From NCBI GenBank assembly GCA_963651445.1, contig CAVJPU010000007.1, forward strand, positions 33 to 64,032: a DNA stretch of 64,000 nucleotides, written 5' to 3'. Below the pieces are notes generated by a model. The model ran no database searches. It saw only the letters and a program-made list of their open reading frames with translations, and had not been told where the DNA came from. How positions within the stretch are numbered: position 1 is the first letter of the stretch; each line of letters starts with the position of its first letter. Below are positions 54,627 through 63,733 of this stretch, piece after piece. Source of the stretch: a bacterium (GTDB lineage Bacteria > Bacillota_I > Bacilli_A > RFN20 > CAG-826). Position numbers and translations under genes: made by a program.

Positions 54627-57062
54627 TTAATTCTGGCCCTGGTAATAGATATTTAGCGGGCGAACGGCGTAAAAGCCAACAAACAAGTTATAGTTCAAGC
54701 CACCACCGGAATCTCTGTTGCAAACCCTCGGATCCATGATTATTTCGCCACGCGCATCCGCATTTGTGACAGGGTATCCTCCAGGTTTGTGCGACCACGA
54801 GCCATCGCTATTTTGACGATAGAAATGATAATCATAATGATAATCATCGCCGGCTTGTTTTTGATTATCTATCACAAACGCAACTTTATATGTGCCGGCA
54901 GGACAACTTTCTTCAGGAAGAATATCATTAAATTCAAAGCCTAATGCTTGCGCATCGCTTTTTATCGTAGAAACCATCAAGTCGGTATTCAAGAAAACTG
55001 GCGACTCATCGCTATCGATTACGGATCCGCCACTCGCTTGCCCTGGCTGCATTGCTTCTAAGGCATTAGTTGTTGGATTAACTTGAGCGTTCACAGCATA
55101 TGAATAACAATTGGTAAAGTATTCAAGGTAATAGACATTAAATAATACAGAGCCAATATAAACATTGTTCCACTTGCTCGGATCGTAATCCAATTCAGAC
55201 CCAGACAATGGCAAATTGTATTGAGACTCATAAAAAGCCATGTTGCCGATGCAAATTCGACCCCTATTGTTATCGTCTCCATCAGCTAAGGAATAGCTGG
55301 AATAGAATCTGATTCGGTAAGCGGGCTGGGAGAATTCTATCTTATAGACGTTCTTATGGTTCCTGTTTCTCGGAAGATTGGCCTCGGTTGACAACAAATC
55401 GAATACGTTGGTCCAACCATTTCCGATATATTGTTGGATAACAGCCGTCCCGTTGCTTCTCGATAACCATTCATGAGAGCTTTCTCTCCAATGGGATAGT
55501 TCGACGTCGATTATATTTAGCGCGGTTTCGAAACGATATTCAATGAAAGCCTCGCTGATGCCCGAACGAATGGGCGACATGACTATGTCTTCGTTATGAA
55601 TATAGCCAGTTCTGTATCTTCTCGTTTCGAACTTGAAACCTCGGACATTGTGGCTGATAAAATCATTTTTCGTCGCAGAATCGGTTGGATAAGCATCCGC
55701 GAATCCGTATTCATTCGGACAAATGTATGGCTTGTTTTGATATGTTCTAGGCTTTGTGAATGTGGCTTTACACCAGAAATCGTCCCAATACGGGTAAGTA
55801 TCAGAATGCAAAGTCAAAATAATTGTGTAATTTTGACCATCGGTTCCGAAACGAACCGCTTCCCATTGAGCCACAGTCAACGTTATCGACACGCCCATAT
55901 ATCCGGTTACGTCTAAGACGCTGACGGAACTAGAATTTAAAAATGAAATGTTTATGTGGGGCCTATTAGCCGTTTCCCATCTTTCGGAATATAAGGATTT
56001 CCAAGAGAAAGTTGGCTTCGTATCCGCATAATTGCCAGACGTTATTTCGATTTCATTCGGCATCATAAGCCAGGATGCGTTGTTCCCGACCCCGGTTTCC
56101 GAATAATATTTGAGGCCAAGGTTTTTGGAGATGTTTATATCTAGGCTGATGATACTTGTTATTTCGGTATATCCAAGATCTTGCAACGCCACATGAGTCA
56201 ATGTCGTTGACGTGGTTTCGTTTCTCCAACCAGTATGCACGTAAATCTCATCACCTTGAGGATCGTAATCATAAGCGATAACTGAATGGACCATATTTGA
56301 GTTTGGTTTCTTAACCGTTAAGATGACCGGATACCCATTAGTTATCTTATTTATCGTTTGCGTCCTGGCACCGGTTTGGCTGCCTGGAGTATATACGGTT
56401 GCCGACGCATCGGATTCCGAATAATTTTTATAATCATGCAAGTAATAATTCAGAAGATCGCATGTGCCTTGTCCGGTAAGGCCTAGAGCACCATCGGCTG
56501 AATCCAATGACATTGAGTGAAAACATTCTTTTGCCAATTCAAACAATTTGAACTGGAAATAGGTATTCTGGTTTTGCTGAGCGAATGTCAGATATTGGCT
56601 GGTTTCGAGGTTTCCAACCAAACTCGCTGGTTCGAATGCAATTCCTGGAGATTCCGCATCAGACGGAATCAAGAAGAAGTCCGCACCGCTTTGCTGGCCA
56701 CCGGAATAGGTGGAGTCAACATCGTAATTATCGGGAATTATCGAATCATTCCAATAAGCATCATAAAATGACAATAACATACCAATTGAAACATATCCGC
56801 ACGAGCCGTAGGCGTTGTTGCCAAAATTGGTTCTCAAGTTGTTGAAATATCTCGTGGCATAAGTTCCATAGAGATATGCGTTATCGCTGACTGAAGTCGC
56901 CAGCGTACTAAATAAGGTGTCGGTTGACCCATCGCCGAGATGGGCGTGGGCCACAACTTCATCGTCGGTTTCGATCGTGGATGAAGACTGTGTCGGGGAT
57001 TCTCCATATGCACAAAATGAGAATCCCGTCACTAAGGCAAGGATAGACAGTTTGAGTTTCAT
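54627..57062 (-). CDS. secreted multidomain protein with an N-terminal C39-like cysteine-peptidase module and a C-terminal second Cys/His (papain-like?) module
   Basis: Signal peptide MKLKLSILALVTGFSFCAYG. GSCGYVSIGMLLSFYD ... GYPVILTV..MVHSVIAYDYD resembles peptidase_C39_2. The C-terminal NCYSYAV ... DYHFYRQNSDGSWSHKPG gives a second Cys...His pair. Assignment by motif only. Confidence 0.6.
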   Translation of the reverse strand: MKLKLSILALVTGFSFCAYGESPTQSSSTIETDDEVVAHAHLGDGSTDTLFSTLATSVSDNAYLYGTYATRYFNNLRTNFGNNAYGSCGYVSIGMLLSFYDAYWNDSIIPDNYDVDSTYSGGQQSGADFFLIPSDAESPGIAFEPASLVGNLETSQYLTFAQQNQNTYFQFKLFELAKECFHSMSLDSADGALGLTGQGTCDLLNYYLHDYKNYSESDASATVYTPGSQTGARTQTINKITNGYPVILTVKKPNSNMVHSVIAYDYDPQGDEIYVHTGWRNETTSTTLTHVALQDLGYTEITSIISLDINISKNLGLKYYSETGVGNNASWLMMPNEIEITSGNYADTKPTFSWKSLYSERWETANRPHINISFLNSSSVSVLDVTGYMGVSITLTVAQWEAVRFGTDGQNYTIILTLHSDTYPYWDDFWCKATFTKPRTYQNKPYICPNEYGFADAYPTDSATKNDFISHNVRGFKFETRRYRTGYIHNEDIVMSPIRSGISEAFIEYRFETALNIIDVELSHWRESSHEWLSRSNGTAVIQQYIGNGWTNVFDLLSTEANLPRNRNHKNVYKIEFSQPAYRIRFYSSYSLADGDDNNRGRICIGNMAFYESQYNLPLSGSELDYDPSKWNNVYIGSVLFNVYYLEYFTNCYSYAVNAQVNPTTNALEAMQPGQASGGSVIDSDESPVFLNTDLMVSTIKSDAQALGFEFNDILPEESCPAGTYKVAFVIDNQKQAGDDYHYDYHFYRQNSDGSWSHKPGGYPVTNADARGEIIMDPRVCNRDSGGGLNYNLFVGFYAVRPLNIYYQGQN

Positions 57063-57192
57063 TATGTTTTTTTTCCTAAACAAATAATAAGGGATATATA
57101 GAATTTTTATCAAGAGAATAGATATTCACTTTTTGGCATACATAAAATAAGTCCGACAAAGTCGGGCTCATTTTCGTTTTATTTTGTTGTGT

Positions 57193-58053
57193 TTATCTGA
57201 TCTTAAGGGCAACGGCCACTCCACCGAATAAGCCGGCATCCTGATCCATCTCAGCAAGGACGATATTCACCTTTTTGAATGGGTATGGGGCCAATATCTT
57301 ATTCGCTTTGTATTCAATGTCTTTTATGAAGCAAACGCTGGACTTCATTACGCCGCCGGATAAGCAGAACTTATCGACGTTGAATTCCATCTGAGTGTTA
57401 GCGATAAAAACCGCGACCATGTCGGTCCAGATATCGAGCACTTTGAGGGCCAATTCATCTTTGTTTTCCGCTTTGGCAAAGAAGTCGCCGGCACTTTCGA
57501 CATTCAATGAATTTGAAGCGCATAGTTTGACGATTCCGGTGCCAGAACAAAGTTGTTCAAATTCCTGATATCCATCCTTGGTATTGATTAAGGTGTGACC
57601 GATCTCAAATGGGAGGTCAATCATCTCAGAATTATGGATAAGACAACCACCGATTCCGGTCGATATAGTGATGAAATATGAGTCTTTGACATCCTTGGTC
57701 GAACCAAAGGTGGCTTCGGCTAAGGCGGTACAATTCGCATCATTGACAACATCAACCTTGAAACCATATTTCTTCTCTAATCTATCTTTTAAATCGAAGT
57801 CTCTGATTTTTAAGTTTGGCATCAATTTAATGATGTTGTTTTCAATCATCCCGCAGGCAGAGATACCGACTTTCTTGATGTCGTATTTCTTATAAGAAAG
57901 CGATTCGATCATACGGCAGATTTGCTCAAAGAGCTGCTCTTTATCAACTTTGAGAGTACGTTCTCTAAGGAATTCGACGATCTTCAAATCAGTCGAGACA
58001 ATCGCTGCCCTTAAGTGCGTTCCGCCTAAATCTAATGAGATAACGTATTCCAT
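57193..58053 (-). CDS. ROK family sugar kinase
   Basis: LDLGGTHLRAAIV ATP-binding start plus ROK-type Gly-rich segments. No N-terminal HTH. Confidence 0.85.
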   Translation of the reverse strand: MEYVISLDLGGTHLRAAIVSTDLKIVEFLRERTLKVDKEQLFEQICRMIESLSYKKYDIKKVGISACGMIENNIIKLMPNLKIRDFDLKDRLEKKYGFKVDVVNDANCTALAEATFGSTKDVKDSYFITISTGIGGCLIHNSEMIDLPFEIGHTLINTKDGYQEFEQLCSGTGIVKLCASNSLNVESAGDFFAKAENKDELALKVLDIWTDMVAVFIANTQMEFNVDKFCLSGGVMKSSVCFIKDIEYKANKILAPYPFKKVNIVLAEMDQDAGLFGGVAVALKIR

Positions 58054-58165
58054 AACCGATTTCCAATCCGTTTCTGATTTCCAAACATAAATTTTACCAT
58101 CTCTAAAGATGATTGTGAGCGGGGATCATCGTTTCGCCTTATTGTGATACCGCTTTATTTAATAT

Positions 58166-59146
58166 CTATTTCCTCTTAAACACGTAGTTGATGTGATGCT
58201 CGTATGTATCTTTTGGATCTAGATAGTGGAGTTCCAAAAGCGATTCCTGCGGTTCAAGAGCAGGGCCGCGACGGTATTCGCTTTTCGTGCCGAAGTAACC
58301 GATACCATCTTTCACATTATCGCTATATAGCTGAGCGCCTGAATAATCGGTGATGATGTCTAGTTCGTATTTGCTACCGCTTAAAACAATCTGCGGCTCA
58401 TCAATTCGCACTTTATCGAAGAAAAAATGATGGTCATATCCGCGGGTGGCAACATTGATCAGCGCAGGCGAATTGACGTCTTTTCCAATGATTTTGCCTT
58501 CAGAGAAATCCAAGTATTCTGGGGCGGTAGCGATTCCTTTCCCCAACAAGGTTTTGTCATCAGGGACGATGTATTTGTTTCCTCTGATTAGCAAGGTCAA
58601 GGAATCTATATTCTCCTCTCCCAAAAGAAAATAAGAATGGTTCGTTAATGAACACAAAGTCTTCTTATTTGACTTAGCGAGCAAGGTCAAATCGATTTGG
58701 TTTTTGGCTTCGTAAATCTTATAGATGGCCTTGACATCTAATTCACCAGGGAAGCCACTTTCGCCATCTTTGCTTAAATGATGGAATGTCACCAACGCGA
58801 AATCGTCATGATTTTCTATTTCATAATCGAAGGTCTGGGTAGATAGGCCATGAACTCCACCGTGCAAGGTGTTCTCACCTTCATTGTTTTCGAGCTTGTA
58901 TTTCTTCCCTTTGCATTCAATGATGTTGCCTTTGATTCGATTGCCGACTCTACCGATGGTTTTGCCATGATAAATGCCACTCTTTAGCCAATCGGATATC
59001 TCACTTGGGGTCAAAGTCATGTATTTCCCATCAATGACTATCGAATGAATGCTTCCTCCGAACGGAGATAAAGTTACTTCCATCCCATCTTTGTTAGCAA
59101 TTTTGATGAATTCTATGTCGTTTTTGAGATTCTTGGTGATTTCCAT
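58166..59146 (-). CDS. galM: aldose 1-epimerase (galactose mutarotase family)
   Basis: 326 aa. NTLHGG..G motif region and typical beta-sandwich pattern. Confidence 0.85.
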   Translation of the reverse strand: MEITKNLKNDIEFIKIANKDGMEVTLSPFGGSIHSIVIDGKYMTLTPSEISDWLKSGIYHGKTIGRVGNRIKGNIIECKGKKYKLENNEGENTLHGGVHGLSTQTFDYEIENHDDFALVTFHHLSKDGESGFPGELDVKAIYKIYEAKNQIDLTLLAKSNKKTLCSLTNHSYFLLGEENIDSLTLLIRGNKYIVPDDKTLLGKGIATAPEYLDFSEGKIIGKDVNSPALINVATRGYDHHFFFDKVRIDEPQIVLSGSKYELDIITDYSGAQLYSDNVKDGIGYFGTKSEYRRGPALEPQESLLELHYLDPKDTYEHHINYVFKRK

Positions 59147-59242
59147 AAATGGCCTCTGGGGTTTCTTGATTATAGCAAGTTAATAAAGGACCGCTAGCAA
59201 GTATCTTAAAACTATGTTTTGTCGAACAATCTAAACATAAAC

Positions 59243-59265
59243 AAAAAAGCCGGCATATTGCCGAC
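59243..59265 (-). terminator. terminator after tRNA-Leu
   Basis: gccggca-tat-tgccgac, followed by T6 on the minus strand. Confidence 0.55.
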
Positions 59266-59278
59266 TAATTGTTTCCTT

Positions 59279-59365
59279 TGGTGCCCAAGGCGGGACTTGA
59301 ACCCGCACGGATTATGCATCCAGCGGATTTTGAGTCCGCCGCGTCTACCATTCCACCACTCGGGC
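59279..59365 (-). tRNA. tRNA-Leu (anticodon CAA), class II with long variable arm
   Basis: GCCCGAGTGGTGGAATGGTAGACGCGGCGGACTCAAAATCCGC..., CCA encoded. Confidence 0.88.
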
Positions 59366-59428
59366 ACTGAATGTGCGAAAAGTATTATAGGGATTAAGGC
59401 TTCCTTATTCAAGAGAATGAATAAAGGA

Positions 59429-59506
59429 TGGCGTGCCTGGGTAGATTCGAACTGCCGGCCTCAAGCTTCGGGGGCTTGCGCTCTGATCCAACTGAGCTAC
59501 AGGCAC
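59429..59506 (-). tRNA. tRNA-Arg (anticodon CCG) with unusual C33 and a C-A mismatch in the T-stem
   Basis: Acceptor GTGCCTG/CAGGCAC. The anticodon stem CAAGC/GCTTG encloses loop CCCCGAA. T-arm GGCAG-TTCGAAT-CTACC. Confidence 0.7.
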
Positions 59507-59544
59507 ACGCTTTATTATTAAATCACAATATGAGTTGGAATTGG

Positions 59545-60096
59545 CTAATGGTTATCCGATAGTTGTCGACGCCGCTCTAACAATTTGACTATTCTTTGAC
59601 GGTTATATCTTTGGACGACGACGAATATCGAATCAAATAAGGCCGCCACAGCAGAAGTAACCAAGAACACCCACCAAGGATTGAACCAAATCCCACAGAT
59701 AACTGGTAGGAAACTCAATGGAATGATAGTTTCATGCACCAATTCAGCTTGGCACATGGCACCGACAATCTCTTCCAAAGAATGCGTTTTTATATCAAAC
59801 GAAACTTTATCGTAGGTCGGAACATTGCCTTTCCATTTCTTGACCTTCAACTTTTCATAGAAGGCAAGTTCGTGTTTGCCAACTCGATACCACCGCTTGC
59901 GGTAATCGGCTTTATTTTTCATCGTATCGCTATAGATGAGGCCAACGAGCAAACGCATGATAAAATGATAGGCGATCACGCCAAAGGTTATGGCTAAAGT
60001 AAGCAATGCTTCAATGTCTGTATAAGCGTAGGAAAAGCCTAAAGCAACGCTGGCCAAAAGGGGCAATATAGCTATTATCTTCATCAAAATGCCCAT
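59545..60096 (-). CDS. membrane protein, possibly CrtO-like (glycosyl-diaponeurosporenoate acyltransferase family) fold
   Basis: 183 aa, 4 TM helices. The central KKWKGNVPTYD ... CQAELVHE segment resembles that family. Low certainty. Confidence 0.45.
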   Translation of the reverse strand: MGILMKIIAILPLLASVALGFSYAYTDIEALLTLAITFGVIAYHFIMRLLVGLIYSDTMKNKADYRKRWYRVGKHELAFYEKLKVKKWKGNVPTYDKVSFDIKTHSLEEIVGAMCQAELVHETIIPLSFLPVICGIWFNPWWVFLVTSAVAALFDSIFVVVQRYNRQRIVKLLERRRQLSDNH

Positions 60097-60291
60097 AACG
60101 AGAGCATTATTATATTACTCGCCAGCGAATAAGAAATCTTAGTTTTGCGGTCTTTTCGCATATTTTCCAAAGCATTTCATGAAAGCGTAATAGCAAAATA
60201 ACAAATAGGCCAAAAACAAAGGCCAAAAGATTGCAAAGCAGAATATCGGGTTAAAATCTACCGAAAAGCTCGCATCAGGATAGGAAACGAA

Positions 60292-60651
60292 TTAAGTGGT
60301 GAAGCTAGCTACCACCGCAAAAACTATGCTTAGCACAATATATAAGAAAGAAAATAGGGTCGCGTAATATCTTTTCTTAAATACTTTGTATTTATTGTCT
60401 AACAATATGAATCTAATGGAAAAATATGTAAGAAGTGAAAGGATCGATAATTCCCAAGCAAACATGCATATGGCAAATACATTTTCAAAATTATAGCCAA
60501 CAAATGTGGGAACAGTGCCACCGATAAGGCAAAGCAAGGCAATAGAAAAAGAGTAGGTCCAAAGTCTTCTTTGGATAGATGTATCACCAATAGTAGCCAA
60601 GCTACTTTCATTTACAAGCCTGTTGTAAAAATAGATTTTTTCATTTTGCAT
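60292..60651 (-). CDS. small membrane protein; the frame continues open for 49 sense codons past its TAA stop
   Basis: 119-aa ORF. After the TAA at 60292-60294 the same frame reads FVSYPDASFSVDFNPIFCFAIFWPLFLAYLLFCYYAF..., then stops at 60139-60141. Confidence 0.55.
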   Translation of the reverse strand: MQNEKIYFYNRLVNESSLATIGDTSIQRRLWTYSFSIALLCLIGGTVPTFVGYNFENVFAICMFAWELSILSLLTYFSIRFILLDNKYKVFKKRYYATLFSFLYIVLSIVFAVVASFTT

Positions 60652-61012
60652 TTTAATTTAAATCCCCACAGAACCACTCCCATAGTCTTCTTGCGTATCG
60701 CAAATTATATAAATATATCCTTGCTTAATCAGCCATTTCTTTCGATAAATGCTCAAATAATCATTGTTAACAGTTAGCTTAAACTATGTACAAATGCTCC
60801 GCGTTGAAATCAAACTTTTTTTGAAAAGGAAGAATTCTCTCGATATATAACGGGATCGCCGATATTGAAACGCATATTTAATCTTTCGGATTGGCCGGTT
60901 CATTGTTCCATTAAACCACCCAAAATACATTAAACCAAAAGATAATGAGTTCTACTAATAGAGTTATATTCAAAAGCTGCGTCCTGAGTCCTTTTATAGA
61001 ACATCGTGGTTT

Positions 61013-61059
61013 CAAATAAAAAGAGCGGCTCCCTCACCAAATGGTGAAGTGACCGCTCT
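61013..61059 (-). terminator. terminator after the TasA-signal/DUF6273 protein gene
   Basis: agagcgg...ccgctct with an inner tcacc-aaa-tggtga stem, followed by TTTTTATTT on the minus strand. Confidence 0.6.
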
Positions 61060-61067
61060 TAGATTCA

Positions 61068-62759
61068 TTAGCTGAGTTTGATAGTCATCGCAGGACGAAC
61101 GCTTTTCGTGGTGTCGTCAACATATCCATTGTCGCACATCTCACCATAGCAATCGATATACCAAGCGAATTTATGGGCTTCCGGTGATCGAGTCCAATAT
61201 TCTCCACATCCTCCATCGTTGCACGCAAAATAAGCACCATTAGCGAGAGCGTAATCAGTAGGTTTGCATTTTCTCTTATAGTTCTGCCCCGTATAGTCTG
61301 CTTTTGTCGGAAATCCGTAATCAGCATTCAAGTAGTCTTTGTAGCTTAACAAATAAATCTTATCTTGTGTATTTTCCGAAGGGTTGATGTCATCAGAAGA
61401 TTTTGTCGTTGATAATGAATTATCTACAGTCGTGGTCTGAATCAGTGATGAATCTAGTTTAAAAGCCGAATTGAAGAAGTCATCATTCAGCCATTTTCTG
61501 ATGCTGGAATTCTCGTAGCTGTTGGTTGTCCTATCGGCGTTATATGTGTGCGCATCTAACAGAATGGTTGATAGGACGGAGTAAACGCCATCTTTCTGTT
61601 CGAGAATCTTCCAAGTGATAGGCTCACACTTATACCAGTATTCCTGTCCGGACACAATCGATGTTTCTTCATCGGTGAAATAAGGGCTATAACCATAGGT
61701 ATTGCTATATGGATTAGCAGCCTCTTTGACATAGTATTCGTTTTGATATAAATACCAGCTATTCCCTTCTTGAGATGGCAGCGCATTCAAAGCGGAAAGA
61801 GTATTGGAGTCACTGATGCGCGATTGAGGATACAATCCATAAGTTATGGTTAGATTGGCTTCGTCGATAACCGGCGTAATTCCCAGCTTTTTGTTTAGTT
61901 GTTCTTCCGCTTCAGAAACAAATTTAGCTACATAGGAAAAGTTGTTCGAAGGGACGGTGAACGTATAAGGGTTTGCCGTGCTGATAAGGGACTTTCCTTG
62001 ATACCAACCTTTGAAGGTATAACCGCTGGCAGGGGTTGCAGTTATCGTTACCTGGTCACCGACTTCCACCGTGCCTCCACCAGTAACGGTGCCTTTGGTC
62101 TCGTCTTCGCTAGATAAAGACAACGTCACATACATGTCGTCTTCAGTGTAGGCATTGCCTTGGACGGCTTCGACAGAGTAGTTGATCTTGCAGGTTTTAC
62201 CCTGATATTCGTTTCCGGCATCGCTGGGAAGGAGCGCAACGCAGTCAAGAGACGCGATATTAACGTCTTCGCTCGGTTCTAAAATCGTCCAGCTTGATTT
62301 ATAAGTAGTTCCGTCGAACTGATAGTCTCCGACGGTGAGATCAAGTCCTGAGAATAAGCCATCATCGTTGCTATAAGAGATAATGGTCCTATATTTGATC
62401 GTGACGTTGCTCTTGTTGGACACTCCGATTTTGAAGGTAGCTTTGTCTCCTGGGGTGACATTTGCCAATTCAAGCGTGCCATCAGAGGAGATTTTGGCTG
62501 TTCCTCCGTTGGTGAAGACGCCTTTAACCGCGGTCTTTTCTATAACATCAGTATCTGGGTCGCCAGTTAAATCAACGCCCGAGTAAGTTTCTAAGTCACC
62601 GATAGTGGCGCTGACATCGACCTTGCCGGCGGTGATGGCGATGTTCGTTTTCGATTCGCTGGTGAACAAAGCGTAAGTGGAACCAGCGATGACCGAACTT
62701 GCCAAGGCGATGGCACCTAACGATACGAGGATGGCATTCGTCTTTTTGTTTAGTTTCAT
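61068..62759 (-). CDS. secreted protein: SipW/TasA-type signal peptide and camelysin-like domain + InlB-B-repeat-like module + C-terminal DUF6273-like domain
   Basis: N-terminus ..GAIALASSVIAGSTYALFTSES (TasA-class signal). GTVTGGGTVEVGDQVTITATPASGYTFKGWY repeat. C-terminal IRKWLNDDFFNSAF ... YWTRSP ... SVRPAMTI motifs. Confidence 0.78.
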   Translation of the reverse strand: MKLNKKTNAILVSLGAIALASSVIAGSTYALFTSESKTNIAITAGKVDVSATIGDLETYSGVDLTGDPDTDVIEKTAVKGVFTNGGTAKISSDGTLELANVTPGDKATFKIGVSNKSNVTIKYRTIISYSNDDGLFSGLDLTVGDYQFDGTTYKSSWTILEPSEDVNIASLDCVALLPSDAGNEYQGKTCKINYSVEAVQGNAYTEDDMYVTLSLSSEDETKGTVTGGGTVEVGDQVTITATPASGYTFKGWYQGKSLISTANPYTFTVPSNNFSYVAKFVSEAEEQLNKKLGITPVIDEANLTITYGLYPQSRISDSNTLSALNALPSQEGNSWYLYQNEYYVKEAANPYSNTYGYSPYFTDEETSIVSGQEYWYKCEPITWKILEQKDGVYSVLSTILLDAHTYNADRTTNSYENSSIRKWLNDDFFNSAFKLDSSLIQTTTVDNSLSTTKSSDDINPSENTQDKIYLLSYKDYLNADYGFPTKADYTGQNYKRKCKPTDYALANGAYFACNDGGCGEYWTRSPEAHKFAWYIDCYGEMCDNGYVDDTTKSVRPAMTIKLS

Positions 62760-62969
62760 ATCTTTTCCTTTCTAGTCCTTTCTAGAGTGTGGTGGGCGGA
62801 AAAGATAGAGACGGCAAAGAAACCAATCGCATCGAAACCCTATAGGGGTTTGACTATTTTTCCCGTCTCGATGTTAAAAGATAGACTTAAAAAAATGAAT
62901 TGCAAGCGTCTTTTAGTTGCTCAAAAATCGCCTCTTTTCGGGTCGGTCTTCGTTTGGCAGCGAAAATCA

Positions 62970-63290
62970 TTATACGTTTAAGAAAACTATGACTCTTTTG
63001 GCTTCCAGAATAGCTTTTGCAGAAATGGAAACAATCGAATAAAAAATGCCTTGATGTAGACATATCAAAGCACGTATTTCGTTTTGTCTAAGACTCTTTA
63101 TTTTCTCCCAATACTTAACGTCTACAAAAGTTCCCCATTCCTCTGGGTGATTTGTAAATCTTTTCATTAATGAAGCACGGCAATACTTGCAAGAATGTGA
63201 GCAACCAACATAAGGATTGACTGAATAATCTGATACTGGCAAATTGGATTTTGTTAGCACATTTTTTACTTTTATTTCTTTTACAACCAT
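62970..63290 (-). pseudogene. truncated radical SAM (SplB/DNA-photolyase-like) gene: only the N-terminal ~65 aa look native
   Basis: NPYVGCSHSCKYC (CxxxCxxC cluster) and MKRFTNHPEEWGTFVDVK match the family N-terminus. The ORF ends after 106 aa, whereas family members are roughly three times longer. Confidence 0.55.
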
Positions 63291-63292
63291 AT

Positions 63293-63547
63293 CTATTTTT
63301 GGCAGTTAGAACAATATTCTGTACCCCTAGATGCAATTTTTATTCTAGTTAGCTCATTCCCACAAGCTGGACAGACATTACTATCGTAAAGCCTTAAAGT
63401 GTGCATATTTTCAAAATCTTTGCCTTCTTCTTTCAAATATTCATCACATCCAACGGATTCGTTTATTTCTGTATAGTTTAGTAAAGTGTCATGAATAAAA
63501 ATAAGTAAAAAAGTAAACTGAAATAGATTGAATCTTGATCCAATAGT
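63293..63547 (-). pseudogene. remnant of an Fpg/Nei-family DNA glycosylase (C-terminal zinc finger only)
   Basis: Own translation: ...LRLYDSNVCPACGNELTRIKIASRGTEYCSNCQK*. This is the CxxCG-N..-R.T.YC..CQK finger that ends Fpg/Nei proteins. The frame is open for 84 codons, with no usable start before the last 47. Confidence 0.5.
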
Positions 63548-63567
63548 TCAATATCATTTATCACTAT

Positions 63568-63602
63568 ATAAAAAGACTAGGGATTTTTGACAATCCTTAG
63601 TC
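63568..63602 (-). terminator. terminator after the second DUF6273-like gene
   Basis: gactagggat-N8-atccttagtc, followed by TTTTTAT on the minus strand. Confidence 0.5.
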
Positions 63603-63733
63603 TAATTTGTTGATTAATTACTCCCCACTAGAATGAAGAGCTTTTAATACGTCATTTCCCTTCAAAACCCTAAAATACCTCAGAGGAATGAAGAGAGCCC
63701 ATTTTATTTTTAATTATTTAATGTATTTACTTA

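Noticed and set aside
60652-61067. Short frame-hopping ORF fragments (for example ...YLSIYRKKWLIKQGYIYIICDTQEDYGSG*, MFYKRTQDAAFEYN...) suggesting another decayed gene.
   Set aside because: The fragments are too short and carry no recognisable motifs. A pseudogene call cannot be supported without a similarity search.
63620-63700. Direct 10-mer repeat GAATGAAGAG (x2, about 45 nt apart) downstream of the partial DUF6273 gene.
   Set aside because: There are only two short copies in an AT-rich 3' UTR. No further structure is present, and chance is a plausible explanation.
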